From the NCBI GenBank assembly GCA_951406725.2, contig OX597825.1, positions 48,670,001 to 48,734,000 of the forward strand: 64,000 nucleotides of DNA. Direction: 5' to 3'. Below, piece by piece: positions 63,831 through 64,000 of this stretch (within the stretch, counting starts at the first letter, position 1; each line of letters begins with the position of its first letter). A program made the translations under genes and the position numbers. The stretch comes from Octopus vulgaris (taxonomy: Eukaryota). Below the pieces are notes generated by a model. It saw nothing but the letters and a program-made list of their open reading frames with translations. It had not been told where the DNA came from and made no database searches.

Positions 63831-64000
63831 CTTTTACATTAATAACTCACCAACCCATACCAACATGGAACATAGACGTTAAGTGAAATGTTCGAAGAAA
63901 GTTTTCAACTTATATATGTATGTAAAGAAAATATACGTAATTGTTTTGACTAGCTTATTTCATAACCAAACAATAGGTACAGTTTATAAACAATGAAAGG

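Overview
AT-rich eukaryotic DNA made almost entirely of transposon relics and microsatellites. The repeat repertoire suggests an octopus/cephalopod genome (inference). I found no host protein-coding exon, rRNA, functional tRNA gene or CRISPR array. Recognisable elements are Tx1/L1-clade LINEs, R4/Dong-type RLE LINEs in (TAA)n, a near-full-length RTE LINE with a bipartite non-autonomous derivative, Penelope-like fragments, Tc1/mariner, Chapaev3, hAT MITE and Helitron pieces, and tRNA-derived SINEs. The main hidden signal is a set of type I hammerhead ribozyme (HHR) motifs in retrozyme/pLTR-like repeats. At 43975-51834 a ~325-bp repeat carries a TATA/Inr-like motif and an HHR with a variant core (UCGACAA, U3-A8). 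Tx1-like LINEs join this repeat at the same site (AGAGTT) at four junctions, and a third, inverted copy shows the empty site. This looks like a LINE that specifically targets a ribozyme-bearing repeat. All alignments and folds were done by eye and need computational confirmation.
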